IMG/VR virus record: IMGVR_UViG_3300005805_000336
Span: 1 to 29,016 of that record
Strand: one strand, 5' to 3'
DNA: 29,016 nt
Source of the DNA: a virus
Lineage: Duplodnaviria > Caudoviricetes
Made by a program: the position numbers and the translations under genes. The notes beneath the pieces were generated by a model. It saw only the letters and a list, made by a program, of their open reading frames with translations. It searched no databases and was not told the DNA's origin. This document shows positions 1-9,473 of the stretch, one piece after another. Numbering within the stretch: the first letter of the stretch is position 1; each line of letters opens with the position of its first letter.

Positions 1-2
1 CG

Positions 3-353
3 GCCGCGCTCGTGGCCGGTGCCGCATCTGGCGGCGCTGGCGCTGCCGCCGGCGGGGCCACACTCACCGCGGGGGCGAGCCTGCTGGCCGGCGTGGCGAC
101 GGCAGGCGGCGCGGCGCCAAGCGTCACGCTGGCCGCCGCCGCGGCGTTCATCCCCGGCGCGGCATTCGGCCCGTCCAGCGCTACCGCCAGCGGCGCGGTG
201 CTGTCCGCCGCCGCCTCCGGGATGTGGGGATCGGCCTTCGGGCCGATCTTCACGCCGACGCGCGGCTTCGTGGCGCGCCGCGGCCGCGCGGCCTTCGAGG
301 CCGCTCGCCAGCCAGCGGACTTTGAAGCGACAATCGACCTCGCAGTGCACTGA
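3..353 (+). CDS. 5'-truncated Ala/Gly-rich virion-associated protein (C-terminal part)
   Basis: Frame open from the window edge to TGA 353; precedes the head-completion genes. Confidence 0.55.
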   Translation, partial: AALVAGAASGGAGAAAGGATLTAGASLLAGVATAGGAAPSVTLAAAAAFIPGAAFGPSSATASGAVLSAAASGMWGSAFGPIFTPTRGFVARRGRAAFEAARQPADFEATIDLAVH

Positions 354-365
354 CCGAGGCATGCC

Positions 366-671
366 ATGACGACCAGATGGCCGACGAAAGATCCGGGCGA
401 GGAGGTGACGGCGGCATTCGACTACGAGGCTGTCGGCGCAGGCGCGCCATCCCTGCCGGCTGTGACGATCGCCGTTCGCATCGGCACCGATCCGTCCGCC
501 GCCGCGATGCTGATCGGCTCGCCGCAGGTCGCCGGCAATCGCGTGCTGCAGCGCATAGGCGGCGGCGTGGCGGGCGCGGAGTACGAGGTGCGGTGCATGG
601 CGACGGTGGGCGGCGATCGCCTGCTGATCGCGGCGCTGCTGCCGGTGGTGCGCCGCCCGACGGCGGCCTGA
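366..671 (+). CDS. Small virion adaptor-like protein (KDPxE..FD type)
   Basis: WPTKDPGEEVTAAFDY N-terminus, beta-rich, GAGG RBS, structural gene context. Confidence 0.6.
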   Translation: MTTRWPTKDPGEEVTAAFDYEAVGAGAPSLPAVTIAVRIGTDPSAAAMLIGSPQVAGNRVLQRIGGGVAGAEYEVRCMATVGGDRLLIAALLPVVRRPTAA

Positions 672-680
672 GGAGGGGCG

Positions 681-1079
681 ATGATCTACGTCACGCGCGA
701 GGACTACGAGGAGGCCTTCAGCGCCGCCGAGCTGGTGGATCTGCTGGCCCGCGGCGTCGACTTCGAACGCCAGGAGGCGGCCGCCGCCAGCCTGATCGAC
801 GGCTACTTGGCCGGCCGATACGTGCTGCCGCTGGTGGCCGTGCCAGACATGCTGCGGGCCTGGGCTCTCGACGTGCTGCGCTACCGGCTGTGGAGCGATC
901 AGGCGCCCGAGGAGGTGCGGCGCCGCTACGAAGACGCGTTGGCCCAGCTGCGCGACCTGGCGGCGCGCAGGATCGACCTGCCGCCGGGCGTGGCCGGCAC
1001 GCCTCCGGCCGCCGCATTCAACTACGGCGGCGAGAGCGCCGAGCGAGTCTTCACGATGACGACGCTGCAGAACTTCTGA
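681..1079 (+). CDS. Mu gp36-like (DUF1320) head-tail connector
   Basis: IDGYLAGRYVLPL and VRRRYEDALAQLRDLA motifs; GAGGAG RBS. Confidence 0.88.
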   Translation: MIYVTREDYEEAFSAAELVDLLARGVDFERQEAAAASLIDGYLAGRYVLPLVAVPDMLRAWALDVLRYRLWSDQAPEEVRRRYEDALAQLRDLAARRIDLPPGVAGTPPAAAFNYGGESAERVFTMTTLQNF

Positions 1080-1081
1080 CC

Positions 1082-1738
1082 GTGGGGAAGCTCTTCTTCA
1101 GGATCGACGACGGCGGCGCGAAGAAGAAGATCGCGGCGCTGCAGGCCGCAACGAACGACATGCGCCCGGTGTACGAGACGATCGGCCGCGTCCTCGTGAA
1201 CCGTGTGCGGCTGTGCTTTAAGCTCGGCATCGACCCGTGGGGCAACCCGTGGCAGGCGATCAAGTGGCGCGCGCCGCGATCGCGCATGGTGGCGGTCAAA
1301 GACAAGGCCGGCAACGTCATCGACTACAAGCGCAAGTTCGGGAAGGACGGCAAGCTGCTGCTGACCAAAACCGGCAAGAAGCAGGTCGAGGCGAACAAGG
1401 CGGGCGCGGCCGGCCAGCCGCTGCGCGACACCGGTCGCCTTAACCGATCGGTCAGTTCGCAGGCCGACGGCGAAGGCGTCACCGTGGGCACAAACGTCAA
1501 GTACGCGCGGATCCATCAGTTTGGGGGCGAGATCAGGCCGAAGAACAAGCCGTTCCTTGCCTTCCCGGGGCCGAACGGACAGATTATCTTTGCGAAGCGC
1601 GTCACCATCCCTGCCCGCCCCTATCTGCCGCTGCGCAAGGGATCAGCGGTCGTCGCACTGCCGCCCTCGTGGTCGGTGCTTGTTGTCAACGCGCTCAAGA
1701 GCTACTTTCGCAAGAAGGTCGCGGAAGTGGCCGCCTGA
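1082..1738 (+). CDS. Phage virion morphogenesis protein (Mu gpG-like tail completion)
   Basis: DPWGNPW, LRDTGRLNRS, VGTNVKYARIHQFGG and IPARPYL motifs; true start is probably GTG 1082 within the 377..1738 ORF. Confidence 0.88.
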   Translation: MGKLFFRIDDGGAKKKIAALQAATNDMRPVYETIGRVLVNRVRLCFKLGIDPWGNPWQAIKWRAPRSRMVAVKDKAGNVIDYKRKFGKDGKLLLTKTGKKQVEANKAGAAGQPLRDTGRLNRSVSSQADGEGVTVGTNVKYARIHQFGGEIRPKNKPFLAFPGPNGQIIFAKRVTIPARPYLPLRKGSAVVALPPSWSVLVVNALKSYFRKKVAEVAA

Positions 1739-1740
1739 TC

Positions 1741-2184
1741 ATGTACGCAGAAATCGAACAGCGAATTCTCGACCGCCTGCGGGCGAAAATCCCCGATCAG
1801 GACGGCCAGCCTGTCACTATCGAGCCGCTGCGCGAGATCGAGCGCGTGCCTGAAATGCGCCAGAAGGCGCCTGCGGTGTGGGTGATTTATGACGGCTTCA
1901 CGCCCGGCGACTCGATCCCGAGCATGCCCCACGTGCAGCAGGTGCGCCTGGAGTGGTTCGTCGTGGTCGCGGCCAAGAGCGCCAAGGGCGCCGGCGACGT
2001 CGAGGCAGCGCGCGACATGGCCTCGGCGCTGGCCGAGCGAGTCATGAAGGCCCTGCTGGGCTTCCACGCCGGCGGCGGACAATACTTGCGTCTCGGAGAT
2101 GCGCCGGGGCCTGAGTACGATGCCGGCTACTGTCACGTCCCGCTGGCTTTCACCTGCGCGGCCACCTTCAAGGGCCAGCCCTGA
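1741..2184 (+). CDS. Tail terminator protein (Mu gp37-like)
   Basis: MYAEIEQRILDRL start, PAVWVIYDG motif, position just before the tail tube gene. Confidence 0.75.
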   Translation: MYAEIEQRILDRLRAKIPDQDGQPVTIEPLREIERVPEMRQKAPAVWVIYDGFTPGDSIPSMPHVQQVRLEWFVVVAAKSAKGAGDVEAARDMASALAERVMKALLGFHAGGGQYLRLGDAPGPEYDAGYCHVPLAFTCAATFKGQP

Positions 2185-2186
2185 GC

Positions 2187-2693
2187 ATGAACTTCCTTCA
2201 GCACCTCACTGCCGATCGCGCGCGCGAGCTGCTGAACTACGCGCCCGAAACCGGCGCCTTCACATGGCGGGTCGCTCGACAAAACGGGGCGAAGCCAGGC
2301 CAGGCCGCTGGCAGCCGCCGCCACGACTACATGATCCTGCGCCTAGACGGCGTGAACTACATGGCCCATCGCGTCGCGTGGCTGATCGTGCACGGGGCCT
2401 GGCCCGATGGCGAGATCGACCACGTCAACGGCAACAAGTTCGACAACCGGCTGGCGAACATCCGTCCGGTGACGCACCAAGGCAACGCCGAGAACAAGCG
2501 GCGCGCAAGGGCTGACAACAAGCTCGGCGTATTGGGCGTGCACCTCGACAGCAGGCGGAAAAGCCGGCCCTATGTTGCGAGCATCCGCGTCGACGGCAAG
2601 CTCAAGCAGATCGGCGCCTTTGCAAGCGCAGAAGAAGCCCATCGGGCCTATGTTCAACAGAAGCGGCAAGTTCACGCCGCGTGCACTCTCTGA
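2187..2693 (+). CDS. HNH homing endonuclease with C-terminal AP2-like DNA-binding domain
   Basis: AHRVAW...IDHVNGNKFDNRLANIR (HNH) followed by GVLGV...YVASIRVDGK..IGAF.SAEEAHRAY. Confidence 0.92.
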   Translation: MNFLQHLTADRARELLNYAPETGAFTWRVARQNGAKPGQAAGSRRHDYMILRLDGVNYMAHRVAWLIVHGAWPDGEIDHVNGNKFDNRLANIRPVTHQGNAENKRRARADNKLGVLGVHLDSRRKSRPYVASIRVDGKLKQIGAFASAEEAHRAYVQQKRQVHAACTL

Positions 2694-2706
2694 AGGAGCC
2701 TGAATC

Positions 2707-3627
2707 ATGCCGGATTACTCTTACATAGGCAGCGGCCGTGCCTACCTGCGCGAGATCGGCGGCGGCGGCGGCCTGATCGAGGTCGGCAACGCCTCGAATC
2801 TGACCTTCAGCGTCACCGAGGACACGATCGAGCAGAAGGACTTCACGCAGCCGGGCGGCGGCACCTACAACGAGGTGCGGCGCATCAGCGCGGTCGAGTG
2901 CACGATCACGATGGCCGAGCTCTCGCCGGCGAATCTCGCGCGGGCGGTGTACGGGTCGGCCACGGCCGTCGCGTCGACCACGGTGAGCGGCGAGGCGGTG
3001 ACGGTGTACCCCGACGCCTTCTCGGCCTTCGCGCACCTGCCCCTGACGACGCCGACGCCGACGGTGGTGCCGGCGCAGGCCAGCGCGACGGCGCGTGCGA
3101 ACACGACGGCCTATGCGCTGAATTCCTACGTCCTGCCGGCCACGCCCAACGGCTTCTATTACAAGGCCACGACGGCCGGCACCAGCGCCGGCACGATCCC
3201 GACCTTCCCGACGACCATCGGCGCGACCGTGACCGACGGCACGGTCACGTGGACGTGCGCGGGCCGCACGACGCTGGTGGCCGGCACCGACTACGAGATC
3301 CGCCCGGGCGGCATCTTCGTCTACGTGGGCCGCCTGATCGCCGGCGAGGTGCTGACCTGCGGCTACACCCGCGCTGCGGCCGACGTGGTGCAGGCGCTGA
3401 CGAACTCGGGCAAGGAGTACGAGCTCGTCTTCGACGGCCTGAACGAGGCGCGCAGCGGCAAGCGCACGCGCGTCACGGCCTACCGCGTGAAGGTCGGCGC
3501 GGCGCAGCAGATCGCGCTGATCGGCGAGGAGTACGCGGCGCTCGAGGTGACCGGCAAGCTGCTGAAGGACACCAGCAAGACCGGCGCCGGCGTGAGCCAA
3601 TACTTCGCGGCCGTGATCGAGCAGTGA
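2707..3627 (+). CDS. Major tail tube protein with an inserted small beta domain
   Basis: YIGSGRAY...EVGNASNLTF...LSPANLARA...LVFDGLNEA pattern; upstream of chaperone and tape measure; AAGGAG RBS. Confidence 0.85.
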   Translation: MPDYSYIGSGRAYLREIGGGGGLIEVGNASNLTFSVTEDTIEQKDFTQPGGGTYNEVRRISAVECTITMAELSPANLARAVYGSATAVASTTVSGEAVTVYPDAFSAFAHLPLTTPTPTVVPAQASATARANTTAYALNSYVLPATPNGFYYKATTAGTSAGTIPTFPTTIGATVTDGTVTWTCAGRTTLVAGTDYEIRPGGIFVYVGRLIAGEVLTCGYTRAAADVVQALTNSGKEYELVFDGLNEARSGKRTRVTAYRVKVGAAQQIALIGEEYAALEVTGKLLKDTSKTGAGVSQYFAAVIEQ

Positions 3628-4037
3628 GCGCGCCTGATGACCTGAGCGTGCTGGCGCCTGAGGCGCTGGGCAGCGTCGAGCTCGGCGAGGGCGCGGCGGC
3701 CTGGCGCGGCCAGGTGCGGCCTCTGAAGATCGGCCAGCTGCCGGCCTTCGCGCGCGCCGCGCGCCCGCTGGCAGACCGCATCGGCGGCCTGCTGGCCGGC
3801 GGCGTCACGGCCGAGGCCGTGCTCGACCTGATCGAGCAGGACTTCGACCGCGTGGTCGAGCTGCTGCACGTCGCAACCGGCGCGCCCGTGGAGGCGGTGA
3901 AGGAGGCAACGCTCGACCAGGCGCTCGGCGCGGTGCTGGCGGTGCTGGCGGCGAACAAGGATTTTTTGCGCGGCCGGCTGGCGGCAGCCCTGCGGACGGC
4001 CGCGACGCTGAACCCTGGGGCTGGGCCGACACCGTAG
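3624..4037 (+). CDS. Tail assembly chaperone (gpG analogue)
   Basis: GTG overlaps the tail tube stop; VRPLKIGQLPAF and NKDFL motifs; lies between tube and tape measure genes. Confidence 0.8.
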   Translation: MSAPDDLSVLAPEALGSVELGEGAAAWRGQVRPLKIGQLPAFARAARPLADRIGGLLAGGVTAEAVLDLIEQDFDRVVELLHVATGAPVEAVKEATLDQALGAVLAVLAANKDFLRGRLAAALRTAATLNPGAGPTP

Positions 4038-4231
4038 TCGCGCTCGTCGCGGCCGGCTGGTCTTTCGAGGAGGTCAAGAGCCTCACGCTCGCGCAGGTCG
4101 GCGCCTTCCTGGCCGCGATCGAGAGGCAGCAGCGGCAGCGGCGCCTCGGCGACGCAATCGCAGCCAGGATGGCCCAAGCTGACGGCAAGGCGTGGAAGAC
4201 CTACGTGAAGGGCCTGCGTCGTGGCGGCTGA
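3962..4231 (+). CDS. -1 frameshift extension of the tail chaperone (gpT analogue)
   Basis: Slippery T-TTT-TTG at 3962-3968 in the correct phase; -1 frame open to TGA 4229-4231 (..GWSFEEVKSLTLAQVGAFL..). Confidence 0.75.
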   Translation, partial: FFARPAGGSPADGRDAEPWGWADTVVALVAAGWSFEEVKSLTLAQVGAFLAAIERQQRQRRLGDAIAARMAQADGKAWKTYVKGLRRGG

Positions 4232-6965
4232 TCTCTCCTTCCGAATCGGCGCCGAGCTCACCGAGATCAAGGGCGCGCTCGCCAGCCTGCGCCAGGACTT
4301 CGCCCGCGTAGGCCAGGCCGCGAACCAGGCCGGCGGCCGCGGCGCCCTGCAGGGCCTGGAGCAGGGCGCCGGCCGGGCCGCGCGCGCCGTCGGCGGCCTG
4401 GTGGCCGGCTTCGCATCGCTGGCCGGTGCCATCGCGCTGATCGGAGCGGCCGACGAGCTGAACACGCTGAACGCGCGGATCCGGCTCGTCACCGGCAGCA
4501 CCGAGGAGTACAACCGCGCGCAGGTCGCGCTGTTCGACCTCGCGCAGCGCACGCGCAGCAGCCTGGGAGACACGATCAACACATACGTGCAGATCGGGCA
4601 GGCCGTCAAGGATGCCGGCGTCGGCCAGGAGGTGCTGCTCGGCGTCGTCGAGACGATCAATCAGGCGGTGCAGCTGTCGGGCGTGAACGCCGCGTCGGCG
4701 CAGGCCGCGCTCGTGCAGCTCACGCAGGGCCTTGGCAGTGGCACGCTGCGCGGCGAAGAGCTGAACAGCGTGCTTGAGCAGACCGGCAAGCTGGCCGACG
4801 TGATCGCCCGCGGGATGGGCATCACCCGGTCGCAGCTTCGGGAATACGGCGAGCAGGGTAAGATCACCGCCGAGCAGGTGATCAACGCGCTGCAGTCGCA
4901 GCGCGCCGAGGTCGACGCGCAGTTCGCGCAGCTGCCCCTCACCGTCGGCCAGTCGGTGACGCTTCTGCGGAATTCCAGCCTGCAGCTGCTGGGCGCCTTC
5001 AACGAGAGCACCGGCGCGACCGCGGGCCTGGCGTCGGTGATCAAGGATCTAGCCGACTTCCTGGCGAGCGACGCCGCCCTCGGCACCGTGGTCGAGTTCG
5101 CCGCGACGTGGTCGAGCGCCTTTCGGCTGATCACCAGCGACGTGCAGGCCGCCGTCGACATCATCGGCGGCGCAACGCGCGGCATCACCAGCCAGGGCGA
5201 GACGATCTTCGGCTTCCTGGCGCGCGCCTTCCGCGAGCTGCCGCTGAACGTGCGGGCAGGAATCCAGATCGCCACGGTCAACATCGCGGCCTTCATCGAC
5301 TCGACGATCGCCAGCTTCGGCGCGCTGGCAGACTACATCCGGGCGATCTTCGACCCGCGGACCACGATCGCCCAGGTGCGCGCGCAGGCGCTGCGCACGC
5401 AGGCCGCGATCGAGCAGGCGCGGCAGGAGTCCGTCGATCAGGCGCTGCGCGAGCGGCAGCAGGCGCTGAACGACGCCGAGGCGGCGAGGCGCGAGTCCGA
5501 GCAGCGCCGGCAGCGCGCGCGCTCCACGCCGGGCAGCACGGCGGCCGGCACGTTCCGCACGCGGCCTGACGATGCCGCCGCAAAGGCCGCCGCCGCGGAG
5601 CGCAAGGCCGCACTCGACGCCGAGGAGAAGCTGGCCAAGGACAGCGCGCAGCGCGCGCTCGGCATCCTGCAGGGCTACTACGAAGACGCGCAGCTAGCAG
5701 CTGAGCAGTACTTCGCCGCACGTCAGGCGATCGAACTGGCGGCGCTTGATCGCAGCATTGCCATCGAGCAGCGCCGACGCGATGCGGCGGCGCCTGGATC
5801 GGCGGATCGCGTCATGGCAGAAACCGAGATCAAACTGCTGGAGGCAGCGAAGACCGACATCGTCGCCAAGGCGCAGCGTGACCGGGCTGCTGCCGAGCGC
5901 GAGATCGAGCAGCAGCTTACCCAGGCCCGAGCGCAGCAGCTCGACAACGAGGGCCGCACGGCCGAGGCAGCGCGCATCCGGCTGGAGGCGCAGTATCGCG
6001 ACCTGCTGGCGCGACTCGGCAAGGACAGCGAGGGCGCGAAGCTGGTGCAGAAGCTGATCGACACCGGCGTCGCCCAAGCGCAGTTCGACGAGGTGAAGGC
6101 GCAGTTCGACCGCACCGTGGCCGATCTGCAGGCCCGCCAGCAGGCGATCGCGAACCAGCAGCAGACCGGCGCGATCACGAACGACACAGCGCGCCAGCAG
6201 CAGTCCGACGCGCAGCGTGCCGCCGTCGAGCGGCTGCGCGCGCTGAACGCCGAGCTGCAGCGGCTGGCTGCGGATCCCGCCGCGCTGCCGGCCGTCAGGC
6301 AAGCCGCGGAGGAGGCGAACGCAGCCTTCCATCGCCTGCAGATCGACGGCCTGACCGGCCTCGACCTCGCGATCGTCGACCTGCTCGCCAGCCTGGCGAA
6401 CCTGCAGGACGGCTTCGCGCAGTCGCTGACCGGCGCCGGAGTGGACGCGCTGACGAACCTCTTCACCGACCTGGCGAGCGGCAGCAAGTCGGCGAAGGAC
6501 TCGATCCTCGACTTCGTGCGCAGCTTCGTCGCCAGCATGGCGCAGATCGCGGCGCGCGCCCTCGCCACCTACGCGGTGCTGCAGCTGCTTAAAGCGGCAG
6601 GGGTTCCGACTCCGGCCTTGGCCTTGGTTCGGCACAGCGGCGGCATGGTGACGGCTTCAGGCGGCCCTCGCCGCTCCGTCAACCCGCTCATATTCGCCGG
6701 CGCGCCGCGCTTCCACGCGGGCGGCATGGTGGGCCTGAAGCCGGGCGAGGTGCCGGCGATCCTGCAGACCGGCGAGGAGGTGCTGGCGCGGAACGACCCT
6801 CGGAATGCGGCCAACGGAGGGGGAGGCGGCGGCGGCACCCGTATCATCAACGTCCTCGATCCGGGCCTCGTGCAGGACTACATGACGAGCAGCAGCGGCG
6901 AGAAGACGTTCGTGAATCTGATCGAGCGCAACGCCGGCAGCATCCGGCAGATCCTTGCGGGGTAA
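4221..6965 (+). CDS. Tape measure protein
   Basis: 914 aa, helical and Ala/Gln-rich; LVQLTQGLGSGTLRGEELNSVLEQ and FHAGG...GEVPAILQTGEEVL motifs. Confidence 0.95.
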   Translation: MAADLSFRIGAELTEIKGALASLRQDFARVGQAANQAGGRGALQGLEQGAGRAARAVGGLVAGFASLAGAIALIGAADELNTLNARIRLVTGSTEEYNRAQVALFDLAQRTRSSLGDTINTYVQIGQAVKDAGVGQEVLLGVVETINQAVQLSGVNAASAQAALVQLTQGLGSGTLRGEELNSVLEQTGKLADVIARGMGITRSQLREYGEQGKITAEQVINALQSQRAEVDAQFAQLPLTVGQSVTLLRNSSLQLLGAFNESTGATAGLASVIKDLADFLASDAALGTVVEFAATWSSAFRLITSDVQAAVDIIGGATRGITSQGETIFGFLARAFRELPLNVRAGIQIATVNIAAFIDSTIASFGALADYIRAIFDPRTTIAQVRAQALRTQAAIEQARQESVDQALRERQQALNDAEAARRESEQRRQRARSTPGSTAAGTFRTRPDDAAAKAAAAERKAALDAEEKLAKDSAQRALGILQGYYEDAQLAAEQYFAARQAIELAALDRSIAIEQRRRDAAAPGSADRVMAETEIKLLEAAKTDIVAKAQRDRAAAEREIEQQLTQARAQQLDNEGRTAEAARIRLEAQYRDLLARLGKDSEGAKLVQKLIDTGVAQAQFDEVKAQFDRTVADLQARQQAIANQQQTGAITNDTARQQQSDAQRAAVERLRALNAELQRLAADPAALPAVRQAAEEANAAFHRLQIDGLTGLDLAIVDLLASLANLQDGFAQSLTGAGVDALTNLFTDLASGSKSAKDSILDFVRSFVASMAQIAARALATYAVLQLLKAAGVPTPALALVRHSGGMVTASGGPRRSVNPLIFAGAPRFHAGGMVGLKPGEVPAILQTGEEVLARNDPRNAANGGGGGGGTRIINVLDPGLVQDYMTSSSGEKTFVNLIERNAGSIRQILAG

Positions 6966-6968
6966 GCC

Positions 6969-8210
6969 ATGACTAACGCGACGGCCGCCGGATCGTCGGT
7001 ATTGGCGCGGGCTAGTCTGCTGCCTGGAGGGGCCAGCGCAACCCCGATAGTTTGGGCGCATCAGCCCTACGGCGCGGTGCTTGAGAGGATGTCGTGGCTG
7101 ACAGACGTGCTGCCGTCGTTCAACGGCGCAGAGCAGCGCCGGGCGCTACGGGCCGCGCCGCGCCGCAGCTTCGAGTTTGATGTCATGATGTCCGCCGCCG
7201 AGCGCCGGGCGGCCGAGAACCGGCTGCACCAATGGCAGGCGCGCCGGTGGGCGTTGCCCATCTGGCCGGACGCGCGACCACTGAGCGCATCCATTGCGCC
7301 CGGCGCCACGGCTGTGCCATGCGACACAGCGACGCGTGACTTCCAAGTCGGCGGCATCCTGGCGGTGGTGCTGAACACGAGGAGCTACGAGGTGCTGCAG
7401 GTGGAGTCGCTCGCCGTCGACTCGATAGGCCTCGCCGCGCCGGTCGCCGGGTCTTGGCCGGCTGGATCCGCCATCGTGGTTCCGCTTCGCGCGGCCCGGA
7501 TGACCGATCGCGTGGATCTGTCGCGCTTCACCGGCGCGCACTCCTACGGACGATTCAGATTCGAGATCGACGAGCCCTGCGATTGGCCGGCCGCTGTCGA
7601 GAGCACCTACCGCGGCATCCCCGTGCTCGCTCAGGCGCCGAACTGGACGGAGGACGTGCAGCAGGGCTACGAGCGATTCCTGGCCCGGCTTGACCCGGGC
7701 ATGGGCCTCACCTACGTCGATGACGAGGCCGGAGGCCCGCACCTGATGCAGTCGCATCGATGGCTGCTGGACGGGCGCACGCAAGCCGACGCCTTCCGCC
7801 GGTGGCTGTATGCGCGCCGCGGTCGCCTGGCCGCATTCTGGCTGCCGACGTTCGCCGAGGACTTCGTGGTCGCCGCTTCCATCGGTGCGTCTGCGCTCAC
7901 CATAGACGTCGAGCACTGCGACTACACGCAGGCGATCGGCCAGGCAGTCGGGCGGCGCGACATCCGCATTCGGCTGACGACCGGCCAGACGTTCTACCGG
8001 CGCATCACCGGCAGCACGGTGGTGTCTTCGGCCGTCGAGCGGCTGTCGATCGATGCCGCGCTGGCCGTGCTCGTCTCGCCGGCGCAAGTGGAGAGCGTCA
8101 GCTACATGGCCGCGGCCCGCCTGGATTCGGACGCCGTCGAGATCGCCTGGACATCCGGCGCATTGGCAGAATCTCGCCTCATGACGAGGGTGCCGCGCAA
8201 TGACCTATGA
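6969..8210 (+). CDS. Tail protein (distal tail/hub region, D3112-like module)
   Basis: ERMSWLTDVL...EQRRALRAAPRRSF and RRGRLAAFWLP motifs; directly after the tape measure gene. Confidence 0.75.
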   Translation: MTNATAAGSSVLARASLLPGGASATPIVWAHQPYGAVLERMSWLTDVLPSFNGAEQRRALRAAPRRSFEFDVMMSAAERRAAENRLHQWQARRWALPIWPDARPLSASIAPGATAVPCDTATRDFQVGGILAVVLNTRSYEVLQVESLAVDSIGLAAPVAGSWPAGSAIVVPLRAARMTDRVDLSRFTGAHSYGRFRFEIDEPCDWPAAVESTYRGIPVLAQAPNWTEDVQQGYERFLARLDPGMGLTYVDDEAGGPHLMQSHRWLLDGRTQADAFRRWLYARRGRLAAFWLPTFAEDFVVAASIGASALTIDVEHCDYTQAIGQAVGRRDIRIRLTTGQTFYRRITGSTVVSSAVERLSIDAALAVLVSPAQVESVSYMAAARLDSDAVEIAWTSGALAESRLMTRVPRNDL

Positions 8211-9012
8211 CGCCCGCGAGCGCAGCGCGCAGGATGGCCAGCCGATCGAGCTGTACACCTTCGCGCGCGACACGCTGCGCTGGAGATACACCAGCGCCGA
8301 CCGGCAGGTGACAGCCGCCAGCGCCACATTCGCGCCGTCGCCGATCGCCCGCTCGCGCATAGAGTCGTCCCAGCAGCTGTCGCGCGCCACGATCACGATC
8401 ACGGCACCGCGCGAGCTTGAGATCGCCGAGATGCACCGCGTCGTCGCGCCGTCGACGCCGATCACCGTGCTTGTGCAGCAGATCCATGCGGGCGATTCCG
8501 AGGTGGCGACGATCTGGTCTGGCCGCGTGGTGGCGGTGGACTTCGCCGGCCCGGAGGCGCGCATCACCTGCGAGCCTATCGTCACCAGCATCAAGCGCCT
8601 GGGCTTGCGGCGGGTGTACCAGCGCAGTTGCCCTCATGTGCTGTACGGATCGGCATGCGGCGTCAGCCGAACCGCATACCACGCGGCAGGAACAGTCGCG
8701 TCTGTGAGCGGCCTGCAAGTCAATGTGGCCGCGGCGGCGGCACAGCCAGACGGCTACTTCGCTGGAGGCTACCTGCAGTTCGAGCTGGCACCGTCGATCT
8801 TCGAGCGCCGCTTCATCAGCGGCCACGTGGGCGATGCGCTCACGGTGGCTGCGCTTCCGCAGGGTCTGGCCGCCGGGACCACGGTGACGCTGTTCCCGGG
8901 ATGCGACCACACGCTCGCGACGTGCTCGGGCAAGTTCTCGAACACAGCCAACTACGGCGGCTTCCCGTTCATGCCGACCAAGAATCCCTTCGGCGGCGAT
9001 CCGATCTATTGA
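8200..9012 (+). CDS. BR0599/DUF2163-family tail tip protein (gpL-like, Cys cluster)
   Basis: YQRSCPHVLYGSACGV...PGCDHTLATCSGKFSNTANYGGFPFMP. Confidence 0.88.
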   Translation: MTYDARERSAQDGQPIELYTFARDTLRWRYTSADRQVTAASATFAPSPIARSRIESSQQLSRATITITAPRELEIAEMHRVVAPSTPITVLVQQIHAGDSEVATIWSGRVVAVDFAGPEARITCEPIVTSIKRLGLRRVYQRSCPHVLYGSACGVSRTAYHAAGTVASVSGLQVNVAAAAAQPDGYFAGGYLQFELAPSIFERRFISGHVGDALTVAALPQGLAAGTTVTLFPGCDHTLATCSGKFSNTANYGGFPFMPTKNPFGGDPIY

Positions 9013-9021
9013 GGGCAGAGC

Positions 9022-9255
9022 ATGGGATGGGAATTCGTCGCGTACCTGCTTGTCGCCGCGGTAGTCAGCTATGCGCTGGCGCCCAAGCCCCCGCAGCAGC
9101 CGCCGCCGTCTGTGGAGGACGTTGATGCGCCTACCGCCGAGGAGGGGAGACCGCTCGGCGTGATCTTCGGAGAGGTATGGATCACCGGCCCAAACGTGGT
9201 GTGGTACGGCGATCTGAGAACGACGCCGATCAGGCGCAAGGGCGGAAAGAAGTGA
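9022..9255 (+). CDS. Small tail assembly protein
   Basis: Hydrophobic N-terminus, PTAEEGRPLGVIFGEVWITGPNVVWYGD. Confidence 0.8.
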   Translation: MGWEFVAYLLVAAVVSYALAPKPPQQPPPSVEDVDAPTAEEGRPLGVIFGEVWITGPNVVWYGDLRTTPIRRKGGKK

Positions 9256-9473
9256 ACGAGCCGGTCGTGCTGCTTCGGCACTGCGTCGGCGTAGACGGGC
9301 AGCCGTACTGCGCGCGCGGCCTGCGCGAGTTCATGCGACGGCACGGCATGGACGTGCGCGTTCTGGCCCGCCAGGGATACCCGGCGAGCGTGATCGAGGC
9401 GACAGGCGATGCGATGGCGCAGCGCGCGGCGGGCAACGCGCGCGCGGAGCACGAGACAGCGAGGGCCGAATGA
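9252..9473 (+). CDS. Small conserved tail-module protein
   Basis: GTG overlaps the upstream stop; YCARGLREFMRRHGMD; stop overlaps the next start. Confidence 0.75.
   Translation: MNEPVVLLRHCVGVDGQPYCARGLREFMRRHGMDVRVLARQGYPASVIEATGDAMAQRAAGNARAEHETARAE

Noticed and set aside
377-1081. 453 aa ORF 377..1738 as a single protein
   Set aside because: The first 235 codons overlap two better genes in other frames; the gpG-like sequence starts at GTG 1082.
1-2184. Classification as a transposable Mu-like phage
   Set aside because: Only the neck genes and a Mor-like fragment are Mu-like; no transposase is seen and replication/recombination genes are lambdoid-style.
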